Assembly: GCF_009914755.1 (NCBI RefSeq)
Contig: NC_060930.1
Source: the human T2T-CHM13v2.0 reference genome, Homo sapiens
Length of the DNA: 64,000 nt
Reading direction: 5' to 3' (one strand)
The notes under the pieces were generated by a model, which worked only from the letters and a program-made list of their open reading frames with translations, searched no databases and was not told the DNA's origin. Position numbers and translations under genes: made by a program. Positions 14,100 through 26,628 of this stretch are shown here, piece after piece. Position 1 is the stretch's first letter. Every line of letters begins with the position of its first letter.

Positions 14100-16020
14100 C
14101 CTTACTGTTTTAAAGACTATGATCTATAATATGTACCTCACATTTCATGTGGATACACTATAATTTTCTGATTGAACATTTTATTGCTTATCTGTATTAT
14201 GACAAATAATATAGGATAAAGATCCTGTTATATTATTTTCTTTCTTTTTTATTTTTTTATTTTTAGGATAAGATTCAAATGCTCAGAAAAGATATGAACA
14301 ATTTTACATTTTTGATAACTGGATATTGTATTTCTTACCTGAAAGGTTCTAGTAGTTTACATTTCTAAGAGCAGGGTACTATATTTTCAGTTTCAGTGCA
14401 ACTACACCAAAACTATAATTTTTCTTTTTAATTTAAAAAAATACAAACTATGTTTAATTTATATGTTTGTATAATAGTAATTTTAAAATCAAAGTTTAGC
14501 AATTTTTACTTTTCCCTTATGAATTGCCTTTCACAATCTCTATCTGGATTTTCATAATTTTCTTATTAATTTGTAATAACAGTTCCTTATGTATTAAATA
14601 TACTAAGTATATATAACACAATTTTTTCTAGATTTTTAGTTTCTTAAAATAATTTGTATTACATCTTAAAGAGAACATTTCCAAGTTTGAACTAGATTTA
14701 CCTATCAATTTTTATTTATTTATTTTCTTACCCAGTAAGCTGAGAAAGTTAGCTAAAAAATTAATCATACTTATCTCTACTTTCTTATGGTTTTACCTTC
14801 TGCTCTTAAGTATTTTATCCATCTGGACTATATTTTGGTGCTCAGGTAATTTTTTAAAAAATAAATAATTACTCCAGCTCCATGTATTGATGAATCCTTC
14901 TTTATAAATATTAGTTTTATGTATAAATAAAGAATATTTTAAGGCTTTCTGGCCTATTCCAATACTTTGTCTATTTGTTCAGAAACATCACATCATTTTA
15001 GTTATTTTTTCCTCTATAAAAATATGTAACTGTCTAAAAGAAACACAAATCTCCTTTTTAGTTTTTCAGAATTGTCTTGTCCCCTCTATCCATGTATTTT
15101 CTCAGATAATTTGTAAAAGTCCCTTGTCCAAGTTCATATTTTTACTGAATGGTCCATTCTATTGAATTCTACTGAAATCCCATTGAAATGTTTCTGCAAA
15201 TAGTCAAGCTCACTTTGATGAGTTTATAATATTTTGTAACTTTTTAGTCATTCGCCTTTCAAATTTAGCACATACTATGTATATATAAGGTGTTATATGT
15301 ATATAGCTTTACATTGTGTATATATGTATATATATGTGTGTATGTATTTTTGGATTACATATAAGAATATGTGTGTGTATGTGTGTATAAAAGAAATATA
15401 TGTAAAAGAATATATATGTATGTATGTGTGTAACTATCAGTCTACTTCCCATTCTTGCATTAAAATATTTTTAGCATCTATGGATGTAAAATTTTTAACT
15501 ATCCATTTTGTGGACAGTAAAGAAGTTTTTCTCTAATAAAATACTGATATTTTGCATTATAATTCATTCTGAAGTATGCAGTTGGATTTCATTTTATTTG
15601 CATATTTTTCTTTAATTTTTATAAAAGATTATCTCTAGTTTTGTTTTTGTTTCAAGCTCTCAAATCTACTTTATAATGGTAAAAATATTTTCTACATCTT
15701 TCTATCATTTTATACTCTAGATGAGTTTACATATTATAAGAAGTATCTTTCACATCAATTTTTGTTTGTTTTTAACTCACTGAAAAAATCTGGTTCCTGC
15801 ATTATTTCTGGTAGTAATTTTGTTATAGCTTTTTTTTCTCTATCTCTGTTTTCTATGCTTGTTGGTTAACTCATCTTTTGGGTAATTTTTAAAAATTTTA
15901 CTTAATAGGAAATCTTTCTTTTGACCTTGTATAAATATTTTGAAACATATTTTGTTGTGTATGTTTTAAATTTATTCTACTTTGTAATATTCTCTGATAT
16001 GTTTAACTTCACTTGTTTCT
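14100..16020 (-). mobile_element. Highly diverged L1 (L1ME/L1M5-like) with embedded TA/TG low-complexity tract (~15270-15430)
   Basis: T-rich antisense ORF2-like sequence (TATTTTATCCATCTGGACTATATTTTGGTG; TTTTTCAGAATTGTCTTG). Confidence 0.5.
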
Positions 16021-18442
16021 CAATGATTTAATGATTCAAATACAAAATACAAAACAAAACAACAGTCCACTAATTTACTAAGAATGTCCCTCAAAAGCAT
16101 ATTTCTACAAAATCTCATCACAGTATTTCAGATTAGAGTCCATAGAATATTTGGATTACATCTTGCTATGGCTGCTTTTGATTTTTTAAACACACGCTTT
16201 TGCTTTTCTTTCAGACCATTTATTTTGAAAAGACAACTTTGCTTCTTATGTACCTTTCATAACATGCTATTGTCTTTTTAAAAATTGTCTTAAATCACTC
16301 ACAAAGGAAATTTCACTCTTTGGAATGACATTATTTCACTTTTAAAGTAATAGCAGCATATAGATTTTCATTTGGAAGTTTTTGGTATTTACGAAGAAAT
16401 AGATTAGGAGAACAATAACAACTACAAAATCTTTGCTAACTGCCATCTAAATAAGAAGGAAGGCAAGGACAAAACGCTATTGACCCATTCCTGATTAAAG
16501 CAAAAATGTGAGGACAAAAAATCTATTTTAAGGCAACCAAAGAATATGGAAAGCGACTTCTATGATTCACCTGTCAAAGGTGAATACCCTTGTTTCTGAA
16601 GACAAGCCAGCTGAGAGATTATAAATGCTTTGTAGTTTCTTTCTGCAAGCATTGGAACAGAAAAATCTAATTGTTAACAAAAAGCACACTGAGATTTTAC
16701 ACTTCCTTGAGTCAGCTTTTGCCGATTTCTGCTGTTGCATATTTTCTTACCAATAAAATAGTACCACTGTTGCATAAATTGCTTATTCTGCTTACCATGG
16801 AAATTTTCTATTAATCTGTAAACATGATAAAACTATATTATAAAATAGTTTTTAGGGGTCTATTTTTTAAAAGGTTTCCCCAAGTTTTATATGATGAACT
16901 CTTGCAACCCTATTCTATAGTTTTACAAAGAAATTTTTTTATTCATATACAATCCTCATATTCTCCTGTTTGGGTAAGAACTTGTTTCACATGCATTAAG
17001 AAAAGTCAATGTTGGATGGCTTTTTAGATGTTTAAATAATATCCCAATGTGAATAACAGTCTATATTCTACTGCATGGCCTTTTTGTTTATTCAAGATTT
17101 TAGATTATGATTATTGTGTGGATTATATTAAACTAGAAAAAAGAAGATAGGACAGGGTAAGGCAATGAATATTTCTGTTCCACTTAAGAGGGCTTTTAAT
17201 TAATCATAGAAACTTACTGAAAATACTCCATTGTTTTCCAATATTTTGAGTACCAAAGAAACTGACATCTTGACACTTGTGAGTTTAAAAGAAAATATCA
17301 AAGAAAATTTTATTTGGTTGTTTTCCTGCATTTAACCAATAAAAGAAACTGGGAAAGTGAAAAAAATGAAAGAAAACTAAATATTCTATTTATTCTTCCT
17401 TCATATTATAATAAATTAATGTCAAACTTTCTTATGTGTTTAGAAACATACCATGCCACATACATATATCATTTATAATCAACCTGAGACTGTTTTGAGA
17501 GTGAAAAAGAATACTTTAATAATTGTTCTAGGAAAGCAGGCTAAAACAGGACTCTCCCAGGCAAACTAGAAAGCATAGCTAAAATACTATTATGGCTTGT
17601 CTTTAAGACATTAATTTACTTCTATTTTCATGAAATATTAAAATATAATTTTTCTTCTAGTAGTTTCATATCTTAGATTTCTCTTTAATTCATTTTGGTT
17701 TGATTTTTGTATATGAAGAAAGATAGGGACCTTGTTTTATTCTTCTGCAGGTGGATATCCAGTTTCCCAGCACCAATTATTGAAGAGATTGTCCTTTCTC
17801 TAATGTATATTTTTGGTGCCTTTAACACAAATGAGTTGACTGTAAATGCAGGGATTTATTTCTGGGTTCTCTATTCTGTTCCATTGGTCTACGGGTCTGT
17901 TTCAATGCCAGTACCATGCTGCCTTGGTTACTATAGGTTTGTAGTGTAACTTGAATACAGGCAATGTGAATACTCTAACTTTATTCTTTTTCTTGATTTT
18001 TAATTTTTGTGGGTATATAATGGGTGTATATATTTATAAGGTAAATGAGATATTTTAATACAAGCATGCATTGCATAATATAAAGTCATGTAAAACAGGG
18101 TATCCTTCCACTTAAGAATTTATTCTTTGTGTTATAAACAATCCAATTATATTCTTTTAGTTATTTTAGAATGTATAGTTAAATTATTATTGACTAGAGC
18201 CACCCTTTTGTGATATCAAATAATACTAGGTCCTACTGATTCTTTTTTTTCTGTACCAGTTAACAATCCCATCTCCTTCCCACTTTCCCATTACCCTTCC
18301 CAGCCTCTGGTAACCATTCTTCTACTCTCTATGTTCACGAATTCAACTGTTTCGATTTTTGAATCCCGCAAGTAAGTGAGAACATGCGATGTTCGTCTTT
18401 CTGTGCCTAGCTCATTTCATTTAACATAATGACCTCCAGTTC

Positions 18443-19952
18443 TGATGGCAGTGGTGGCCCATCTGGAGTGGCTGCTGCAAGGACTCCAGTTGCAGTGCGG
18501 GAGGTACCGCCTGGGCTGCACGCTCCGCAGAGCCAGCAGGGGCTGGGAATAGGTGATCCCAGTGGGAGCCCCACACTCTACCGAGTTGGCGGAGCAGGAG
18601 AACATGCTCTTGGGCACAGCTGTAAGTGCCCAGGCACATCTCCAGACCCAGGCATTCCTGCACTCTCGGGGGTCTGAGAAGCCGCTTGCCCCTGCAGGCT
18701 TGTAAGTGCCTGCTCCTGCTATCTGGCCTCTCTCAACTCCCAGCATCCAAACTGGTGTGAAACAAAGTTGCGGCACCCAATCAGGTGTGGAGCAAAGCTG
18801 TGGTCGAGCCCGGGCACTGCTGTGACATAGCCAGGTGTAAGTGCACTCAGGGCAGTGCTGACACACTAGCCCCCTACCGCTCTGCCCCCCTCTGAACTTT
18901 GGGTGCCAAGGAGTGGAGAATGGAAGCAAGGGGTGCTGGGGGTGGCTTGGCATGTGCTTGACGGTACCCTTTGGTGCAGACAAGCCTGGGCATCATGGAT
19001 GGCATGTTGATGGTGGTGGGAGGCAGAAAGATTCCTAGGCAGGAAGGGGTGGGTCCCTGGTGAAACCCAACCTTTAATCCAGGGATGGCCTGAAGCTTGG
19101 AGGCCAGCCTGCCAGTTTCGTGTGGAGTCGGGACTGGAGCCAGAACTTCACTGATGCCTTTAGGCCAATCAGATGGTGCTTTTTCCAGGCCCGCCTATGG
19201 CTGCCCATGAATCAACCAGCACACACTTCCTCCATTCTGAGCACATAAAGAGACCACATTCAGCCAGATTTAGACCCTTTGGGATGACCTGCCTAAGGAA
19301 AGGAGCTACCCACTTCAGGTCTCCTGAGAACTGTTCTGTTGCTCAATAAAGCACCTCTCCACCTTGCTCACCCACCAATTGTCTGCATAACCTCATTCTT
19401 CTTGGACATGGGACAACTTGAGACCTGCTGAATGGCGGGAGTGGAAGGAGTTGTAACATGTACCAGGCCGGCTCATTGAGCTGCAGGCAGTGACACACTC
19501 CCAGACTGTGGGAGTGAAGAGTGGCAACCCTTCCAGGGGCCCAGACCTCAGGGTTCCCTGAGCAAAAGCTGCTATAATACTATAGCCCTCCTGCCCTCCC
19601 CTGGTGCCTGAGAAGCAGTGACAGGGCTGGGCCAGCCCAGGAGCCACAGGTTGGAGTTGGGTGGTGGGATTAAAAGAGCTATAACAAAAATGGGCTGAAA
19701 CACGCCCCCCTGAAACATGCCCTTCAGCTCACTGTGCTCCAGGCAGCAAGAAGGAGAGAAGAGCTTTGGCCCTTCTGGGGTTCCAGACCTTGGGGCTTCC
19801 CAAGCCTGGGCTGTGACATACTGTAACACTGTCTTTGGGGGTCTACCATCCTGGAGTCTTCGAGCTTTGGGGCATGAGCAAACCCAAGCAGAGGTGCCGC
19901 CAGCCACAGAAGTTTCTGGCTGGTGAAGCCATACCCTAAGGATCCTGTGACA
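18443..19952 (+). mobile_element. MER52-like ERV1 solo LTR with 4-bp TSD
   Basis: TGATGGCAGTGGTGGCCC...GGATCCTGTGACA, GC-rich, AATAAA near 19345. TSD GTTC at 18439-18442 and 19953-19956; removing it restores the L1 sequence GACCTCCAGTTCCATTCATG. Confidence 0.88.
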
Positions 19953-22883
19953 GTTCCATTCATGTTATTGTGAAACAGGATCTCATTCTTTTTTATGGCT
20001 GAATAATAATCCATTGTGTATAGGTACCACATTTGCTTTATCCATTCATCTGTTGGTGGACTCAGCTTGCTTCCAAATCTTGGCTATTGTGAACAGTGCT
20101 GCAAAAAACATGTGAATGCAGGTATCTTTTTAAGGTACTGTTTTCCTTCATTTTGGGGATATATATATGCAGCAGTGGGATTGCTGGATCACATGGTGGC
20201 TCTACTTTTAAGTTTTTGAGGGAAATTCACACTGATCTCCATAATGGTTTTAATAATTCATATTCTCACCAACAGTGTACAAGGATTCTCATTTTTCCAC
20301 TTGCCCATTTTGCTTTGGTTGCCTGTGCTTATGGGATATTACTCAAGAAATCTTTGCCCAGTACAATGCACTGAAGTTTCCCCAAAGTTTTCTTGTAGTA
20401 GTTTCATAGCTTGAGGTCTTAGATTTATGTCTTTAACCCATTTTGATTTTATTTTTGTATATTGTGAGAGACAGACATCTAGTTTCATTTTTCTCCACAT
20501 GGATATACAGTGTTCCCAGGATCATTTACTGAGGAGATTGTTTTTTCCCCAGTATATACTGTTGGCACCTCAGTCAAAAATTAGTTCATTGTCAGTATGC
20601 AGATTTGTTTCTGGGTTCTCTATTTTGTTCCATTGGTTTATGTGTCTGTTTTTATGTCACTACTGTGCTGCTTTGGTTACTATAGCTCTGTAATATAATT
20701 TGAAGTCAAGTAATGTGATTCTTCCAGTTTCGTTCTCTTTGCTCAGGATAGCTTTTGATACTCTGAGTCTTTTGTGGTTCCATATAAATTTTAGGATTAC
20801 TTTTTCTATTTCACTGAAGAATGTCATTGGCATATTGATAGGGATTGCATTGAATTTATAGATTGCTTTGGGTACTATGGACATTTTAACAATATTGATT
20901 CTTCCAAATTATGAACATAAAATATATTTCCAATCTTTTGTGTTGTCTTGTTTCTTTCATCATTGTTTTATAGTTTTAGTTGTAGAAATCTTTCAATATT
21001 TGGTTAACTCCTAGGTATTTAATTTTATTTATGACTATTGTAAATGGGGATACTTTTTAATGTCTTTTTCAGATTGTTCAATGTTGATATATAGAAATGA
21101 AACTAATTTTTGTGTGTTGATTTTGTATCTGGCAACATTACAGAATTTGTTTATCAGTTCTAATAGTTTTTTATGGAGTCTTAACGGCTTTTTAACATAG
21201 ATTATATCATTTCCAAACACGGATAATTTGACTTCTTCCTTTTCAATTTGGATGTCCTGTCTTTCTCTTGTCAGTTTGCTCCAGCTAAGTCTTCCATTAT
21301 TATGTTGAATATTGAGTTTTGAATGTGGGCATCTTTGTTGTGTTTTGAATCTTAAAGGAAAGGCTATCAGTGTTCTCCTTCAGAATGCTACTACTGTGGG
21401 TCTGTCATACGTGGCATTTTTATGTTAAGATAAATTCCTTCTACACTCATTTTTTGAGGGTTTGTATCATGAAGAAATGTTGAATTTTACCAAGTGCTTT
21501 TTCAGCATCAATTGAAATGATTATGTGGTTTTTGTCCTTTATTTTGTTCATATGATATATCACACTGATAGATTTGCATATATTGAACCATCCTGGCATC
21601 CCTGGGATAAATCACCCTTGGATCTGATAAACAATCTTTTTAATGCATTGTTGAATTTGTTTTGCTAGTATTTTTTTAGTACTTTTGCATTAGTATGCAT
21701 CAGAGATATTGGCCTATAGTTTTCTTTTTTTTAATGTGTCTTTATCTGGTTTTGGTATCATAGTAATGCTGGCCTTGTAGAATGAGTTTCCAAGTATTCC
21801 CTCCTTCTCTATTTTTAGGAATAGTCTGAGTAGGATTGGCATTAGTTCTTCAAATGTTTGGTAGAATTCAGTAGTGAAGCCATTGGGTCCTGACCTTTTT
21901 ATTTCCTGGGAGAAATTTTATCACAGAATAAATCTCATTACTTGTTATTGGTCTGTTCAGGTTTTGGATTTCCTCATTGTTTAATCTTGGTAGGTTGTAT
22001 GTTTCCATGAATTTATTTCTTCTAGGCCTTTCAATTTATTGGTATATAGTTACTCATAGTAGCCCATAATGATCCTTTGAATTTCTCAGAATCAGTTGTA
22101 ATGTCTCATTTTTAATATCTGATTTTATTTACTTGAGTCTTTTCACTTTTTATTAGTCTAGATAAAGATTTGTCAGTTTTGATTGTTTTTTCAGAAAATA
22201 ACTTTTTGTTTTGTTGATCTTGTATAGTGTTTTCTTCACTTCATTTCCATGTATTTCTGCTCTGGTCTTTATTATCTCTTTTCTTTTACTAATTTTGGGT
22301 TTGGATTGCTCTTTCATTTTTAGTTTCTTAAGATGCATCATTAGATTATTTATTGGAAGTTTTTATTCTTTTTTTATTTATATTATAATATTTATATTAT
22401 TTATTTATAACTAATAGTTATAAATTTGCCTCTTAGGACTTTTCCCCTGTATCTCATAGGTTTTGAAATGATATGTTTGCATTATAATTTGTTTCAATAA
22501 ATTTTTAAATTTTCTTCTTAATTTTTTTTGTTGACACACTTGTCATTCACAAACATATTGTTTAATTTTCATGTTTGTATAGTTTCCCAAATTCCTTTTG
22601 TTGTTGATTTCTAGTTTTATTCCATTGTGGTCAAAGAAGATGCTTGATATTATTTCAATTTTTTGAAAGTTTTAAGATTTGTTTTTTGACTGAACATATG
22701 GTCTATCCTTGAGAGTAATTATGTGCTGATGAAAAGAAACTGTAAGTCTGTATACAGCTATAAAGTCCATTTCTTTTATAGTGAAGATTAAGTCTGATGT
22801 TTCTTTGTTGATTTTCTGTGTGGAAAATCTGTCCAATTCTGAAAGTGAGGTGTTGAAGGCTCCAACTATTATTGTATTGATTT

Positions 22884-23328
22884 TGTGAAAGGAAAATATC
22901 TTGGGGCCCCAAAATCACTAAGCTAAAGGGAAAAGTCAAGCTGGGAACTGCTTAGGGCAGATCTGCCTCTCATTCTATTCAAAGTCTCCCTTTTGCTCAC
23001 TGAGATAAATGCATATCTGGCTGCCTTTGGAGAGGCTAATCAGAAACTCAAAAGAATGCAAACATTTGTCTCTGTTCTACCTACAACCTGTAAGCCCCCT
23101 CCTGCTTCCAGTTGTCTTGCCTTTCCAGACTGAACCAATGATCATCTTACATGTTTACTGATGTCTCATTTCCTCCTAAAATGTATAAAACTAAGTTCTG
23201 TTCTGAACATGTTGGGTACATGTCATCAGGACCTCCTGACACTGTGTCATGGGCATGTGTGCCCTCAACCTTGGAAAAATAAATTTTCTAAATTAATTGT
23301 GACCTGTCTCAAATTCTTGGGGCTCATA
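22884..23328 (+). mobile_element. MER4A1-like ERV1 solo LTR
   Basis: TGTGAAAGGAAAATATCTTGGGGCCCCCAAAATCACTAAGCTAAAGGG...AATAAA...GGGGCTCATA; interrupts the L1. Confidence 0.88.
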
Positions 23329-23552
23329 AGATTTCTCTCTTTTTAACTCTAATAATATTATATTTATCTGAGTGCTCCAGTGTTGGGTGCATATATATTA
23401 ATAATTTTTGTATCCTCTTGCTCAATTGACCCCTTTATCACTATATGGTGAATTTCTTTGTCTCTTCTTACAAATTTGTCTTGAAATTTATTTTGTCTGA
23501 TATTAATATAGCTACTCTTGCTTTTCTTTTGTTTCCATTGACATGAACTATC

Positions 23553-23641
23553 TTTTTTTTTTGAGACTGAGTTTCACTCTGTTGCCCAGGCTGGAGTGCA
23601 GTGGTGCGATCTGGGCTCACTGCAAGCTCCACCTCCCAGGG
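23553..23641 (-). mobile_element. Severely 5'-truncated Alu (AluY-like, ~90 bp) with 15-bp TSD
   Basis: Alu 3' end only (CTGCAAGCTCC diagnostic). TSD CATGAACTATCTTTT at 23542-23556 and CATGAACTACCTTTT at 23642-23656. Confidence 0.9.
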
Positions 23642-26324
23642 CATGAACTACCTTTTTACCTCCCTTTAATTTTATTCTATGTGTATCTTTTTAGGTGCAG
23701 TGTGTTTTTGTAGGCAACAAATCACTGGGTCTTGTTTTTTTATCCACTCCATGTCTTCTGATTGGAGAGTTCAGTCCAATTAAACTCAGTGTTATTACTG
23801 ATAAGTAAGGAGTTACTCCTGCCATTCTGTTACTTGTTTTCTGGTTGTTTTGCGGCCTTTTTTTCTTTCCTTCCTCCATGTCTTCCTTTAAGAAAAGGTA
23901 ATTTTTCTCTCGTGGCATGATTTAATTTCTTCATTTCTATTTTTTTATATCCATGGTATGTTTTTTGATTTGTGGTTATCATTAGGCTTGCAAATAATAT
24001 CTTATGACTCATTATTTTAAACTGATAATTTAACACTGATTGCATAAACAAATATATGAAAATAATAGTAATAAGAACTCCACACTTTAACTTTGTCCCC
24101 CCTTTTTAATTTTTATTGATTTTCTTTAGCTTTATTGTATTGTGTCTAAAAAAGTTGTTGTAGTTATTATTTTTTATGGATTTATCATTTAGTCTTTCTG
24201 CCTAAGAGTAGTTTACATATAACAATTACAATGTTATAATATTCTATGGTTTTCTGTGTGCTTACTACTACCAGTGAGTTTTGTAGCTTCTGATGATTTC
24301 TTCTTACCCATTAGCAACCTTTTCTTTCATACTGAAGAACTCCCATTAGCATTTCTTTTAGTACAAGTCTCCTGTTAATGAAAGCCCTCGACTTTTGTCT
24401 TCTGGGAAAGTCTTTATTTCTCCTTTATGGTTGAAGGATATTTTCATCAGATATGCTATTCTAGGGTAAACATTGTTTTCTTTCAGCACTTTATGTCATG
24501 CCACTCTCTCCTGGTCTGCAGGGTTGCCACTTAAAAGTCTGCTGCCAGACATATTGGAGCTCCATTGCAGGTTGTTTCATTTTTCTTGATATTTTTAGGA
24601 TCCTTTCTTTATCCTTGATCTTCAGGAGTTTTATTATTAAACACCATCAGATAGCCTTCTTTTGGTTAAATCTGCTTGATGTTCTATAACCTTCTTGTAC
24701 TTGCATACTGATATTGTTGTCTAGTTTTGGGAGGTTCTTTGTTACTATCCCTTTAAATAAACTTTCTACACCAATCTCTTTCTCTACCTCCTCTTAAGGG
24801 CCAGTAACTCTTAGATTTGCCTTTTTGAGGCTATTTTCTAGATCTCAGAGGTGTATTTTATCATTTTTTTCTTTTGTCTCCTTTATCTGTGTATTTTCAG
24901 ATGCCCCGTCTTCAAGCTCACTAACTCTTTCTTCTGCTTGATTAATGCTGCTATTAAAGAACTGTCATGCATTCTTTAGTATGCCAATTGCATTTGAAAT
25001 GCCAGAATTTCTGCTTGATTTTGTAAAATTATTCCAATCTCTCTGTTAAATTTATCAGATAAAATCCTGAAGTTCTTATCTGTGTTATCTTTAATTTCTT
25101 CGAGTTTCCTCAAGACATCTATTTTTACTTCTCTCTGTGAAAGGTCACATATCTCTGTTTCCTTGACATTGGTCCCTTGTGCCTTATTTAGCTCATCTGG
25201 TGAGGTCATGTTTTCCTGGATGATCTTAATGCTTGTGGATGCTCATATGTCCAGGCATTAAAGAGTTTGGTATTTATTGTAGTCTTCACAGTCTGGGCTG
25301 TTTTGTGTCTTTTCTTCTTGAGAAGGCTTCCCAGGCATTCAAAGGGACTTGGGCCCCAAGCTCAGTAACAGTGTGGCTTTTGCAGACTCATGGAGGAACA
25401 GCCTTCTTGGTGTTGGATAAGACCCAGAAGAATTCTCTTGATTATTAGGAAGAAATTATTTTTCTTTTCCATTACTTTCTCCCAAACAAACAGTCTCTCT
25501 TTCTGTGCTGAGCTGCCTCCAACTGGTGGTGTCATGATGCAAGCGCCCCTGTGGCCACCACCAATAGGATTAAGCTGATTCAGAACTGAAGCCAGCACAG
25601 CACTAGGTGTCACACAAGGCTCGCTGTAACCACTACCTAACTACTACTTATGTTCACTCAAGGCCCTAGAGCTCTATGATTAGCAGGTAATGAAGCCAGC
25701 TATGTTTGTGTTCTCCCCTTCAGGGCAGCAAGCTTCCTCTGGCCCCAGGCAAGTCCAGAGATGATGACTGGCAGCCAAGGATTAGAATCAAAAACCTTAG
25801 AAATTTACCTGATATTCTACGTTACTGTGGCTAAACTGGCATTCAAACCACAATACAAGGTCCTTCTTGCCCTTCCCTTCCCTTTCCACAGGCAGAGGAA
25901 CCTCTCCCTGTGGCCACCATGACCAGCAGCCCATGGGAGCTTCTGCCATGACACTGCCGAGGTTCTTCAGTCAGCTCGTGGTGAATGCCACCAGGCCTGT
26001 GATTCACCCTTCAGGGAAGTGAAATCCCCTCTGGTCCAGGGCAGGTCCAGAAGTACTCTCTAAGAGGCTATGCCTGGACTCAGGGACACCAAGAGCCTGC
26101 CTGTTGCTCTACCCCACTGTGGCTTAGCTGGTACCTAAGGTTCAAGACAAAGTCCCCTTTACCTCTGCAATTGTCAAATAGGAGTCTTTCACAATCACCA
26201 CAGTTGGTAATGTGATGGGTCATACCTGAAATAAGCATGTCTCAGAGTCCAAGGTCTATGGTGTACTAGGTCTATGACGTCCAAGACCTATGGTGTATAG
26301 TCCAAGGTCTATGGTGTATCCCTT

Positions 26325-26628
26325 AAAGTTTATTTAAAGGGATAATAACAAAGAACTTCCCAAAACTAGACAGCAATATCAATATCGAAGTACAAGAAGG
26401 TTATAGAACATCAAGCAGATTTAACCAAAAGAAGGCTATCTGATGGTGTTTAATAATAAAACTCCTGAAGATCAAGGATAAAGAAAGGATCCTAAAAATA
26501 GCAAGAAAAAAGAAACAACCTGCAATGGAGCTCCAATATGTCTGGCAGCAGACTTTTAAGCGGCAACCTTACAGACCAGGAGAGAGTGGCATGACATAAA
26601 GTGCTGAAAGAAAACAATGTTTACCCTA
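26325..26628 (+). repeat. 304-bp inverted duplicate of 24462-24765 (L1 ORF1 segment)
   Basis: By-eye alignment to the reverse complement of 24462-24765 gives ~11 substitutions and no indels. Confidence 0.93.

Noticed and set aside
18417-19907. Cluster of 80-188 aa ORFs in GC-rich sequence
   Set aside because: All lie in the MER52 LTR, where high GC lowers stop-codon frequency; no recognisable protein similarity.
26247-26318. Short direct repeats superficially like a CRISPR array
   Set aside because: Eukaryotic context, no unique spacers of regular length and no cas genes; better explained as repair stutter.
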